Shown here in pieces: positions 48,229-60,974 of a stretch of 64,000 bases of DNA. Under the pieces are notes generated by a model. It had not been told where the DNA came from and did no database searches. It saw only the letters and a program-made list of their open reading frames with translations. Position 1 is the stretch's first letter, and every line of letters begins with the position of its first letter. The stretch comes from Selaginella moellendorffii (taxonomy: Eukaryota; Plantae; Lycopodiophyta): contig NW_003314324.1 in the NCBI RefSeq assembly GCF_000143415.4, positions 1,087,165-1,151,164 of the forward strand, given 5' to 3'. Both the position numbers and the translations under genes were made by a program.

Positions 48229-49685
48229 ATGAGCAACGACAGGAACCTGGAGGTGAAGCGCGAGGTGCCCGGTGAGTATGGCGCACCCATACTCGGCGCC
48301 GTGCTGGATCGGCTGGACCGTTTCTACGGCAAGAATTTCTTCGAGAAGCGGAGGGACGAGTACGGGAGCACTGTCTTCCGCGTCAACATGCCCCCCGGGC
48401 CACCTTTCTTCCCCGATTCCAAAGTCATTGCGCTGCTGGATCAGAAGAGCTTCCCTGTCCTGTTCGATCTCACCNNNNNNNNNNNNNNNNNNNNNNNNNN
48501 NNNNNNNNNNNNNNNNNNNNNNNNNNNNNNNNNNNNNNNNNNNNNNNNNNNNNNNNNNNNNNNNNNNNNNNNNNNNNNNNNNNNNNNNNNNNNNNNNNNN
48601 NNNNNNNTCCTCAGCAGCACCACGACCGTTGGATCCCGGAGCTCCGCGCGGCAGCGGCCGCCGGATACGCCGAGTGGGACGCCGAGCGCAACAAGCCGAA
48701 GAAGTCCGGGGGGCTGCTGGGGGGGATTGTCTCGGGGCTGTTCCCGGATGATCCCCTGGAGCTCAACCCTGTGCTGGGGAAGATCGCGCTCCGATTCCTG
48801 ACCAAGACGGTGCTGGACAAGGATGCAACCGAGGGGAATGCGCTCACCGAGACCGGGATCAAGCTGTGGACCGCGCCGCAGATCGCCCCGGTGCTCAACG
48901 CGGGCCTGCCCGCCGTGATCCAGGAGCCGCTGCTCCACACCGCGCCCATACCCTTCATCATCGTGGCGCCCGAGTACCAGAAGATCGTGCGCTTCTTTAA
49001 GGCCAACGGGGAGCGCGCGGTGTCGCTCGCGGTACCGCACGGTATCGACCCCGACGAAGCCCTGCACAATCTCATCTTCTTCATCTGTTTCAACACCTTC
49101 GGGGGGCTGACCATTCTGTGGCCCGCGCTGTTCAAGCATGTGAGCGACTTTAACGAGTTTGACCTGCAGGCGAAGCTGCGGGAGGAGGTGCGGCGTGCCG
49201 TGGGCGGCGGCGGCCTGGACGCCGCGGCGCTGGGCGGTATGCCGCTGCTGCAGTCCACGGTGTACGAGGTGATGAGGATCGAGCCCCCGGTACAGTCGCA
49301 GTACGGCAGGGCCAAGGTGGACTTTGTCCTTGAGACGCACGTCGAGGCGTTCAAGATCAAGGCCGGGGAGATGCTGTACGGGTACCAGCCGCTGGTGACG
49401 CGCGACCCCGTGGTGTTTGAGGAGCCCGAGAAGTTCAAGCCTCGAAGGTTCATGGGGGAGGAGGGGCAGCGCCTGCTGGAGCATGTTTTCTGGTCGAATG
49501 GCCCCGAGACGGGCTCGCCCAGCGTGGACAATAAGCAGTGCCCCGGGAAAAACTTTGTGGTGTTGGTTACCAGGATCTTGTTTGCGGATTTCTTCCTCCA
49601 CTACGATTCGTTCAAGCTTGGGGATGTGTCCATCAGCGGTACCTCTTCGGTCTATCCTTGCACCGAGCTCAAGAAGCGAGCATGA
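48229..49685 (+). CDS. CYP74: CYP74 copy 2 (inverted paralog of copy 1), with a 133-nt N gap and an apparent 1-bp deletion at the gap edge
   Basis: Nearly identical protein (MSNDRNLEVKR...NKQCPGK...ELKKRA*). Gap 48475-48607 equals the missing length in copy 1. agcagcaccac versus agcagcaaccac at about 48619 may be a sequencing error or a real frameshift. Confidence 0.85.
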
Positions 49686-50089
49686 AATGAAATGCTATGT
49701 CTACATGTGTGTCGTCTCTGCTCATCAGCTTTCATGCAATTTCAATAAAACCGGGGATTACGTATAACAGGGGAACATTTTTTATGTACACGTGCGGATC
49801 AGATATTATATTTCTTCAATTGCACACAATCACCTGTGTTCGTTGTCATTCCTTCCGTTCTTTGGCTTCTTGGCCGAGTTGAAAAAAGGAGCACGATGTA
49901 TCAACACAAGACTTTTTGGCACTGTAGGTGATACTTCTTGGCTTCGTGGCCAAAAAAGAAGCACAAGACTTTTGGCACTTTACGTGATACTTTCTGGCTT
50001 CTTGGCCGAGTTGAAAAAAGAAGCACGGTGATAGTGATAGATTTGGATTTCTTTTAACAGTTTAGTTAAAATAAAATACCCACAGTTAA

Positions 50090-50650
50090 ACACTTGGTTC
50101 AAACATTGCCCTGTTTAGCAGCAACCAACTTGACTCCATCGGGCTTACGTTTTTGAGCATCTCCAAGGCACTGTCACTGGCCCTCTTCACAGGCATCACA
50201 GGAGCATCAGTGGTGTTCATCTACTTTCTGCCCGAGACCAAGGGGAAGAGTTTGGAGGAGATTGCTGGGATGTTTGAGTGGGAGGGGATGCTTGCTGGAT
50301 CACCAGAGCTTGTGGAGCTTTCTTCATCCACAGTGGTGGCGGGAGACCAATCTTTCAAGTACGAGGATGTAGGGAGTGCTCCTCATGGGCACTTGGAAGT
50401 GGAGGGTAGCCATGAAGAAAGTGGTGGGCAGCTTGGGCAGCAAGGAATGTGCCGCTAACCAGCCGGTTGACGAGCAGTCCCAGGCTCATGGCTTGAGCTT
50501 GGAGCTTGAGAGGAAACACCTCGGAGTTTAGGGACTGGAAGGTGGCAATACTGGCTTAGATCCATGGCACTGTCAAAGAACACAATGTTGAGAGCCACTA
50601 TCGTCAATGACGTTACCATCTTAACGTTGCTAGCGAGAAGTAGTGGCCTC
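50090..50650. pseudogene. PLT transporter 3' fragments within the inverted duplicate, with a secondary inversion
   Basis: 50090-50135 is the reverse complement of the PLT end. 50136-50452 matches 27423-27752 on the plus strand. 50453-50650 is the reverse complement of about 27422-27105 with deletions. Confidence 0.88.
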
Positions 50651-50651
50651 C

Positions 50652-53600
50652 AACAAAGAAAGAATATCTGAAAAGACTAGTTGACAAATAACTTTTGATA
50701 CCTATAGTCATATTTGCGACACTCTCCCCCCCTTAAGATCCTCATCAATGTATACTCTAGTCTAGACCACTACCAAGAAAGCAACTTTAGAAAAAGTTCA
50801 TGGTGTTCACACTTTGTGAGAATTGCACTAATTTAAATGAGTTTCTATCTAACGTAAATGCACTATAACTCAGATACCTTCCAACCATTGTTGACAAGGA
50901 AATGATCAATGGAGTTAGCCACCTCTACTACTCTGGGTGTCACTCAAATTACAAAAAATGATATACCCCTGCTTGCAAGTAATATAGAGAGAGAAGATAA
51001 TTTCTGAGCAAATAAACCAAACCCGTCAATAAGGTTTAAATAAACTATTGTAAATAGGTAGTTAAAGTTGTTTACATAGTCACACCTTTTTAAATGAAAT
51101 AAGGAACATCAAGAGAGAGGCAGTTGATATGATTAATTGACATTAGCTATCCCATGATTAAAGATTTCACCATGCATATGAAATGCCAAAGCCAATCTAC
51201 TTATATTGGCCCAAACCTAAAGATCAAGAGATGTATAATATTAAAGTCATTTTTAGAGACTTAATTATCGGTAAATAAATCTTAGATTAGAACACAAAAG
51301 TATTCTAAGTAAGTTATCATCCGATAAACCAGTATTAAAGTATAGAAACCACTGAGATCATTATAGGTGAAAGTCATAAAATTAACCATCCAACAAAATT
51401 CAATAGCAAGTATATCATAAAAAAACTCAATGATAAAGCTTAATCATCAAAGATTACAAATAACATGCTAAATAACTTACAAAGGACAACTAAAAGAACA
51501 CAAAATATCATTGACAAATAAGGAAAATGTTTGCAAATATATCACTTAAAGGAAATAACATCCAATTTATCAAAACCAACTATAGCAATAATCAGTAAAA
51601 CAGGATGAATATTGCAACACCAACAACTATAACGTTCATCCCAACTATCACATTAGCCAATATGAATAAATCTTGGTCAGCAATACAAAAGAACTCAAAT
51701 TGCTTAAACAAGTTTCAGCAATATTCTATTCATATCTTAAACCCAAGAGACCAATTTAGAAAAAACTACAAAAAAAAAACATGTAGTAATGTGAAAAGTC
51801 ATAAGCCATCAAAGAGAACAATTAACTATTATCAAAGATCATCAATCATTTTATTAATAAAAAAATATATAATCATCATTGAAGAAAGAATTTACCATCC
51901 CGAAGAATAGTAAATTATTCCATATCAACAATAATCAAGCAAAACCTTTAGAAAGGATCATTAATTATCTTAGACGACAATTAATCATCACAAATGATTG
52001 CTAGATACAAATATTAACTTCAACATCAAAGCTAATGAGCCAAAATGTTTTCCCTAACAACTCCTAATAAATAAAATAATAAGCTTGAAAACTCAAGAAA
52101 CCAAAAGTTCAAAGAAGCATATAGTTAAGTCTTGCCTAACAATGATCATGAGTCTCGCATAAACTAACTTCAATAATTCACTGAAATCACGGTACAACTC
52201 ACAATATTTTTCTTAACACATTCATAAGCTAAACTTCATAATGTAAAGCTAATGAAGAGCATTTTTACATCAATCTAAAAGCTAAGTACAATAAAATTAT
52301 ACTCAACAAGTGACCACCAAATTAATCCTCCATGAAGTTGTTAATGTTGTCTTTCATCTAATCTAAGGATTATGAGCAAGCGTTTACAGATTTCAAAGAG
52401 TTGTTAATGATTCCTCTCATCTATGCATAGTAAGATGTAACTCACTTTATAACAGTACAAGAAGAATCATCAATGATTAATATATTCACAACTCAAATCT
52501 AACAAGGAACCAATATCTTCAATATCAATTACTAACTTTTCCTTTTGTAAAGTTAGCATAACCCAATAACTTCTAATAAATGGAACAATAAGCATAAAAC
52601 TTATTAAAGTACCAAAAGCTTGAACAAGCTTATAGCTAAGTCTTGCATAACAATAATCATGAATCTCACATAAACTAACTGCAATGCCAAAGAATAAGAA
52701 GAATCATTAATGATCGATATATCTCAACTCAAATCCAACAAGGAATCAGCATTTTCAATATTGATCATTAACTCTTTTTCTCATAAAGTTAGTATAGTCT
52801 ATGACTAAATCATTTCTCAAGGAAAAGCTAAAGCTCAACCTTTACTAAACAATCTCATCTAGAACACAATTAACTCAATTTACCATTTAGTTTGTTTGAA
52901 TATTAATATAATTGCTAACTAGCAATACATAAATGCCAATAACACAAAGCTACAGCCAAAGCATTAATACTATTTGCATCAAGACTAATGAAATTCAATA
53001 TCAATCCTACAAAGAGACATCTCATCTCACTCTAATCTCAATATTAACAATATCAATAATATCAATAACAAAGCATCACTTCATACCATCAACACTAGAA
53101 TAAAGCTAATAGAAAGTAAGAGTAAAACTCTTTAGCAACCAAGCTAACTAAAGTCAAAGATACCTTAGTCAATATCTAAGACCAATTCTTCAACAATACT
53201 TAGTTATAGATAACACACCATCAAAGAGTGATTCACCACATCCAAGACTCAATGCAATCCAACATTATAAATTAAATGCAACCAAATGATATCGACAGAT
53301 ATAGAATCAATATGCCAACATGGAAAAAATTATGTAAATTTAACGACACAATCCTTTGCAGTATCTTCTGATAAAGCAAGTCTATCACTGCTCAATCGTC
53401 ATTGAGCAAAATAAATGTCAGTAGTCCTTAATGAAGTCTATAAGTAACCATTAGTTGCAAAGCAACTTGCCTTCACAAGACCCAAAAACTAAACTTACAT
53501 TATCGAGTCATATACTTGTCTAACAAAAAGATAACACCTCATATATGAAATATACGAACATAGACAAGCATAGATTAAATGACCACTCAAATCTAATCAA

Positions 53601-56600
53601 ACTGCAATAAGCTCACCAACACATCTAGCCAATAGTTTTGAGCATGCATTGAAGAGGCTAGCTATATATGATCAACACTTAATCGAAACTAAAGTGAAAA
53701 CTATGAAATGGACTTATATGGTACACAACTTTTTAATAGACAAAGCTATAATATAGGTACTAACACCTTAACCATAAACAACAAAGTTGGATATCACCAT
53801 CCTCAACTAAGGCATAAAACTACCAAGACCTCGAGTTTCTTCCAATTGCGCTGAGAAAGGAAACTTTCTTTCTTCCATTGCGCTGAGAGAAGAAATTTCT
53901 TCCAAGTCAAAATAAGTGAGAACTCACTACTCCATAAAGTGTAACGAAATGTTGCCACCTAGCATAACATTCCAGAAAAAAGGCACAAGGATCACATTTC
54001 TAAAAAAGTGCAATGGCCACTTTTTTTACCAACTTTGTAGCGCATGTGGTTTTCACCCTTTATCCTATGGATTTACCATAGGATAACCATGAAACGAAAC
54101 CTAAACCCTCCATATGCCACATGTCACATACCACGTGTCCAAAAGACAGTGGTGCAAAACATGAGTTTTAGGGCCTTGGGCCACTGAATGATGGAATGGA
54201 GCCAAATTCCTAAGCATGGAGCAAAGGAGTGAAAGAACTGAAGTATGGAGTGTTTCTTGAGCGTTCAACTCAAAGAGCGAAGGAACAAAAGCATAGAGCA
54301 ACTTGGACCATTTCTAGAGAATCTAGCATCCCAATGCCAAGACTAACACGCGAAATGGAGCTAAATAGAGTTTAATGCTATTTCAGCATACTGGTAGCCT
54401 AACACAAGGATATGGGTACTCCACCAGTTAGGATGGTATAGAATTTAGGTTTAGACCCAAGTTGGATTCATAACAAGGACAAGCACACAAGTGGGAGCTA
54501 AACTATGCTTTAGGTTGGTCAACCATGCCCAATCTACCCACTATCCCTACTATACATTTAAAACCCTTTATAGCCCCCCTAAAGAATGCATGCTTTCCTT
54601 ACCCATCCTTAGTACCAAGAGTTAGTTTTTGGGACTAACTCAAAACTTACTAACTATGGAATGGCATTAAATTGTGAATTTGGACATGAGATAAACATTA
54701 TTGCATTTAGGACAATCTTTACATTTAGTAGATATGCCAAATTAGCAAATTTAAATACTTTCCATAAATAACAATTAGGACTGAATGGAACTAACACAAG
54801 GTGCATAATAGCAAGGATATTTGGCAAACATGGTAAGCTATCATCTTGTGAATATTAAGGGACTAAGCTCAATATCACGAGGGTTTCTAACACTAGCAAG
54901 TGCAAGCCAATGATAGGAGTTTCTCAAACTAGGCCGAGTATGCTTAGCAAGAAACACATGGGGTTCCTACTTTATATTTATCCAATTTAAGTGCATAGTC
55001 ATTGATTAGTTTATCAACTAGCTCAATTGGGAACTGATAACGGGTCCAACAATACCAACCTCTTGCTGTCGTGGTAGTAAGGAAAGAATATCCGAAAGGA
55101 CTAACTGACAGGTAACTTTTGCTACTCGGTCACATTCGCGACAAACTCCTATCCAACTTAATAATTTTAACTCTAAAAGTTAATATTCTTTTCGGGCCAC
55201 ATTATACAAACTATTTACTAAGGTTTAAGCTAACCAAAGTCAACTCTAACTTGTATTAGCTTACTAAAATGGAATGGTTTTCAAGCAAAATGATTAACAA
55301 ATCAACCATTGGAAAAGTCTAAGAAAATTTATGGAAAATTTTTCATCCCAAATAAATAATAACTCTTAATCTAAGAATACAAACTTCAAAACTCAACTAA
55401 CTTCCTCCTACTAACAACTTCATATAGATTCACTTCAACATAGATTTTCATGACCCAACAGTATGTTTAAGTATTGAATAATTTACCCATATTTCCGACA
55501 TTCAACATTAACATCCACAATGAAAATGAATACCTATAATTTGATCATAAAGACCATATTTTTAGATATTCACATTGCACTAACATTCTTTTTCAACCAC
55601 CTTCAAAATCTAGTATAAAGCCAAAACACAAACAAAAAAAATGACATAAAAAATCAAGCTCTAAAGAAAAACTCCTCATCACTTGAAAACATAATGTTAC
55701 TTTCATTGACACAAATGCTAGCAAAGTTAATATCTTAGCTACACATCTTTTCCATCCAATAATCTACTCCAAGTGCTAATAGAGTTACCAACAAATTATA
55801 ACAAATAAATGCCATAAATTTTTCAACACCTCAATGGGCAAACTCTTAAGAACCAAAGTACCATCTCAAACTTAACATAATGGACCACAATTGAGAACCA
55901 AGACAAAGCTACTATCATGCTATTTCTTGTAAGTAGACTACCTTCATTATCAACCACTTTGGGGTTGATCATTGTTTAACCAATCAACTTTGTAAACACA
56001 TTACTCACAATCATTAAGATATGATATAAAAATCATAATAACTTAATCATTAATCGAACAACATTATAAGCAACATTTATGTCACTACTATAAATGTTTA
56101 CATGAGTTTCAAGTGTCAACTCTATTTGACAAAGTGTAACATAATGCCACACCCTATCAATAAATTTTTACAACACTTAACACCACCAACTTTATTTGTA
56201 ACATGGACAAACTCATAGCACTCTCTATTTGACCAAACTCAAATTGAGCTACTCAATGAACAATAGCATGGTTCCCTGGAAAAGAAATAAACATTGTAAC
56301 CCAAGTCTTTAATAGCAAGCTTAGACAAAATAGTTTAATGTTTCACTGCTATCTATCTCATGACTCACCACTTATAAAACCATCATAACCAATATGCATT
56401 AAGGTAAAGACTTTTAATTGCATAATGTGAACACAAGTAATGAGTTAACACCTCATTGCAAATCACCTTTTCAACAAGAAAAAATGAATTATGTGTTTAA
56501 TCTTTCGTCTTTAATAACTCTCTTTTTAGTCTCAATTTTGACTAAACGTTAAGCTTGCATTCACACTACTTTCAGTCCAATTCATAAAAAGTTTATGAGA

Positions 56601-58171
56601 GAGTATGGCAATGACTACTTGAACCAATAGACTAATATTTATAATTTTGATTAATCCACTTATAATCATGTGGAAGGATCCACTAATATCATGTAAAAAA
56701 CTATAGACCAATCTATTCACCACTCATAGCAAACCTAACTTTTACTCATGGCATAAGTAATAACTCATGGTAACCACTGATAGGTTAACATTAATCCTGC
56801 TAACTCAAAGTATAACATTAAGTTCCTAATATGCCTCACTCACGAGCCCAAGCCTAAACTCATACAAACGAAACATCTCAATCTATCCTATAAGCTCAAG
56901 CACAAGCTCACACAATATAGTACAAGAAGGTAATTAAAATCCATAACGAAGAAATGAATGCAAAATCATAGCACCCAAACGTGTACCCACTTGTATCATC
57001 ATTTTCATTTCTACATATGCAACAAGACTAATTATCCAATCTCATTGAATGGTATTAGTTAAGATTCATCCTTTGATACCAAATGTAGTGCACGTGGTTT
57101 TCACCCTTTTATTTTATAATGATTTACCATAAGATAATTATAAAGTGGATCTTAAACCCTCCAGATGGCATGTGTCACATGCCACATGCCACATGCCACA
57201 TATCTAAGGACAACGGAATGAAATCCAACTTTCAAGGCCTTGGGCCACTGAATGAAGGGACGAAACCAAACTCTTATATATAGAGCTAAGGAGCAAAAGT
57301 GTTAAAGTAAGGAGCAACTCCTAAGCGTATAGCCGAAAGAGTAAAAGGACAAGAGCATGGAGCAACATTAGAATAATCATAAAGCATTTAACATCCCAAT
57401 GCCAAAACCAACACGCAAGACAGAGCCAAATAAAGTTTAGCATTATTTTAGCATAATGGTGGCTTAATGCGATGATATGGGTACACCACCAGCTAGCATA
57501 GTATTGAACTTAGGCTTAGACCCAAGCCAAACATAAAATAAGGACAAACACGTAAGCAAGAGTTAAATTATACCTTAAGTTAGTTAGTCATACTTAGCTT
57601 ACCCACTATCCCTTGAAACCCTTTATAACCCCTCACCTCTTGAGGAATGTATGTTTTGGGCTTTCATTGAGAGTCTAGGATAAACTAAAACTTACTAAAT
57701 ATGAAATGGTGCTATATTGTAAATTTGGACATGGGATAAACACCATTGTGTTCAAGACAATCTTTACATTTCATAAATATGCCAAATTAGCAAATTTAAA
57801 CACTTTCTATAAATAACCATAGAGCCAAATATAATAGTAAAGGTGTTTGGAAGACAAGGTAAACTATCATTTAGCAAATATTAAGGGACTAAGCTCAATA
57901 TTACAAGGGTTCCTAATACTAGAGAGTGCAAATTAACATATGAGTTTTTTATATTAAGCCAAATATACTTAACAAGAAATATATAAGAGTTTCTACCTTA
58001 TGTTTATTTGGCATAAATACATACATAATGACCAATTTCTTAACTAGTTTGGGTGGAGACTGATAAAAGGTCTAGCAATATTAACCTCCTGCTATTGTGG
58101 CAGTAAGGAAAAAATATTCAAAAGGACTAACTGATAGATAATTTTTGATACCTACAGTTACATTCGTGACA
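50652..58171 (-). mobile_element. Decayed LTR retrotransposon: 5' LTR 58171-57084, PBS, degenerate internal region, PPT, truncated 3' LTR
   Basis: On the minus strand the LTR ends ...cactaca then tt-tggtatcaaag (iMet-type PBS, about 57081-57071). PPT (plus strand ctctcccccccttaag, 50721-50736) abuts the LTR start at 50720. No intact ORF inside. Confidence 0.8.
54036..55143 (-). mobile_element. Solo LTR nested in an element of its own family, TSD AACTT/AACTC
   Basis: aactt|tgtagcgcatgtgg...cacattcgcgaca|aactc. Confidence 0.85.
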
Positions 58172-60974
58172 AATGCCACTTTAATGTTTCATATGACTTT
58201 TATTAAATATCTAGATATGACTAGAGATATGAGGATATATTAAATAATAAAGAAGAAAAAATAAATTTATGTTGAACACTCTAAATAGAAAATCCTTTAA
58301 AATCTACTATTATAAAGGTTTGGAAACTAATTTAGTCCAACTCTCAACTAATCTAGAAACCTAATCTAGATATAGGTCTATGTTAATCCCAAATGTGTTT
58401 GAGTTGAATCCTATAAGTAGAGGTTTGATTCATGTAATTACCAGTAATAATGAATATACCCCTTAGTAAAAACAAAAAGATAACAAATACTTAACAATAA
58501 TAGTAATACTTTTTTGTTGCCATAAAGATATCTATATTTTTCCTATTCAATGAACAATAAATGATGATATAAAACTTGAAAACATCTCTTATATCTTAAA
58601 CTTCTAAAATAACTTATTTTAAAATGTTCCTCTTTCTTATTTCAGCTATTTTTCACCATTCCTCCAGAAGTCGTTATAAACACAGACTTGTCACTACTCC
58701 TTAATTTGGCTGCACCTCTTGCTTGCACTAGATTAATTAGATAATTAAACAACAAGAAAGTGTCTAGTAAATTTTTATTAAAGTATTATAAATATTTAAA
58801 TTTAATATCTATCATGACTTTATTAAATGTTAAATTGATTTAAAAAATAGTCAACATAATGTCTCAGACTTACTTATATGCCATGATAATTCTGACAGTG
58901 ATAATTTATAAATGACAAAACAAAATATTCAACATTGCATTTTTTACACTTAAAGATAGCTGGATCTTCCAGTGCTTTTTGTTTATTATATTTCATACCT
59001 ATTTTATTTATGTTGTGTAAATTTGTGCATAACAATACCATTTTATTTCACATCACCTTTTTTTTTGTTGTGAGTATATAATTAGAAAGACTTACTGGCT
59101 ATGAGTTTTAGATTGGTTTCAAAACCAATCTGGAAAAACAAAAAGAACATTTTTACCATTTGAATTTGAATCCTTTGTACACTTTACTTTATGGATATTA
59201 GTTTAGTTGTCAATCTAAAATTTCTTAAGAAGAAAAAAGTATTTTATAAACAACAACCTGTAGAAATGAAATATCTGGTTTTTCCTATACTAAATTCTTC
59301 CTTTTATAATGCAATAAGATTTTTCTATTATGCAATCAATGATGCATAATTTAGGGCTTTTGGGTTCTGCACAATATGCACTAAAGTAAACAATCATAAC
59401 CATAAATAAAATAAAGCAAAGATTCTATTTTTACCGAAAAAGGAAAATAGCCTTGAATGATCACCATCATCATAACCAAGTTGATTCTTGCAAAACCTAT
59501 AATATTAAGTTTAGCTTCTGAAAAAAGTCCTAAATTTTCAAATTAAAGCAAGACAATAAAAATGCTCATCTAATGCTCTCACATGCAATAGCAAGCTTAG
59601 GTGGGTAGAATTGTTATTTCTTTGGCTTCCAAATTCCAATTATGTCCAGATTGAAACCAATCCGACGGCTACCAAAATCCCACTATACTAATATTAGTAT
59701 ATGGCATCATAGCTGTACACTTGGCCCTCACAAAACTATATAAACTGTATTTTAAAGATTGTACTTATAATACTGATAGACTATAATTATAATTTAAAAA
59801 CCTAACAAGATGACAATCCTTTGGTGGTTGTTAATCATTATCTTCACTAAGAACCTCAGCACAGAAGCTCTAGCATCTCTAGTGTAAGATCTTTATAGGC
59901 AAGAAGGATATTGCTGCAACATGAAGAGTTTTGGGCAAGTGTTGTAGAGAAACTCAATGAAATTCTTGAATTGGCTATGATTGAGGTCCACTATGCTTGG
60001 ACCAAAACCTTGAAGAACAATGACATTGTGGCCTAAATCATGAAGAAATTTTGAGAGGGAATTTAATTTTAAGTTCTATAGTTTTTACTTCTGCTCGAAT
60101 GGAGTGCCCATCATTCTATATTAGGCTAAATCACTTCTCAAAATCCTAACCAGCCATTAAGAAGCTCAATCATTTTGAAAGCATGCAAAAGCATGATCTA
60201 TATGTGAAAATCTCACTTTATCACTAATCCAAGTATCTTCCTTATGCTTGTCCTTGTTCTTCATGGATGTGAGGCATAGTTGGGAGGTCTGCCTACCATG
60301 GCCAAATCATCAACAAAATGGCTGCCCAAGCAATGCCAGCTCTAAGCTGCTTTAGATACTCTGAAAAAAAAACCAAGCAAGAAACTCCCTCACACCAGAA
60401 AGCCACATATACACACACATACCCTAGTGAACCTTGCATCCATAGCTGCATAATCCATGCCCAAGCAATACCACCATGGCCACCCCAAACAAAGTTTGGC
60501 CAAGTAGCACTACCATAGCCACCCTAAGTAGTGTTTGAGTGCCATGGTTGTGAGTAGTGTGGCCAACCAATGCCATATTCATATCCTTTATTTTAGGACT
60601 TGATGATGGTAAGAATTGATTCTTCCATCACTACAACTGAGTGGCTCATGGTAGCAATGATTTAGAAGCCTTGGATCCTAAAAAAAACTATCTTCAAGAA
60701 CTTCACATATAAGTTACTCTTCTTTTTCCCTTCAACTCCCAAAATCTTAATGAAGTTCCTCAGTATCAAACTTGACCTTACACTCAACTTTGGACTCCTC
60801 AATGCAATAACTCATGTGTTACCCCAATTGCCATTTGTGACAGACGAAGGTATCCATCATGGGACTGTGGTACAAGTGAATAACTAGTTGCCTCATGTGT
60901 GATAGTTGATCTATATAATGAAAGATTGGTAAATTCAGTGTGGAAATAGATTTGCTTATATACAGGAGCGAGTG

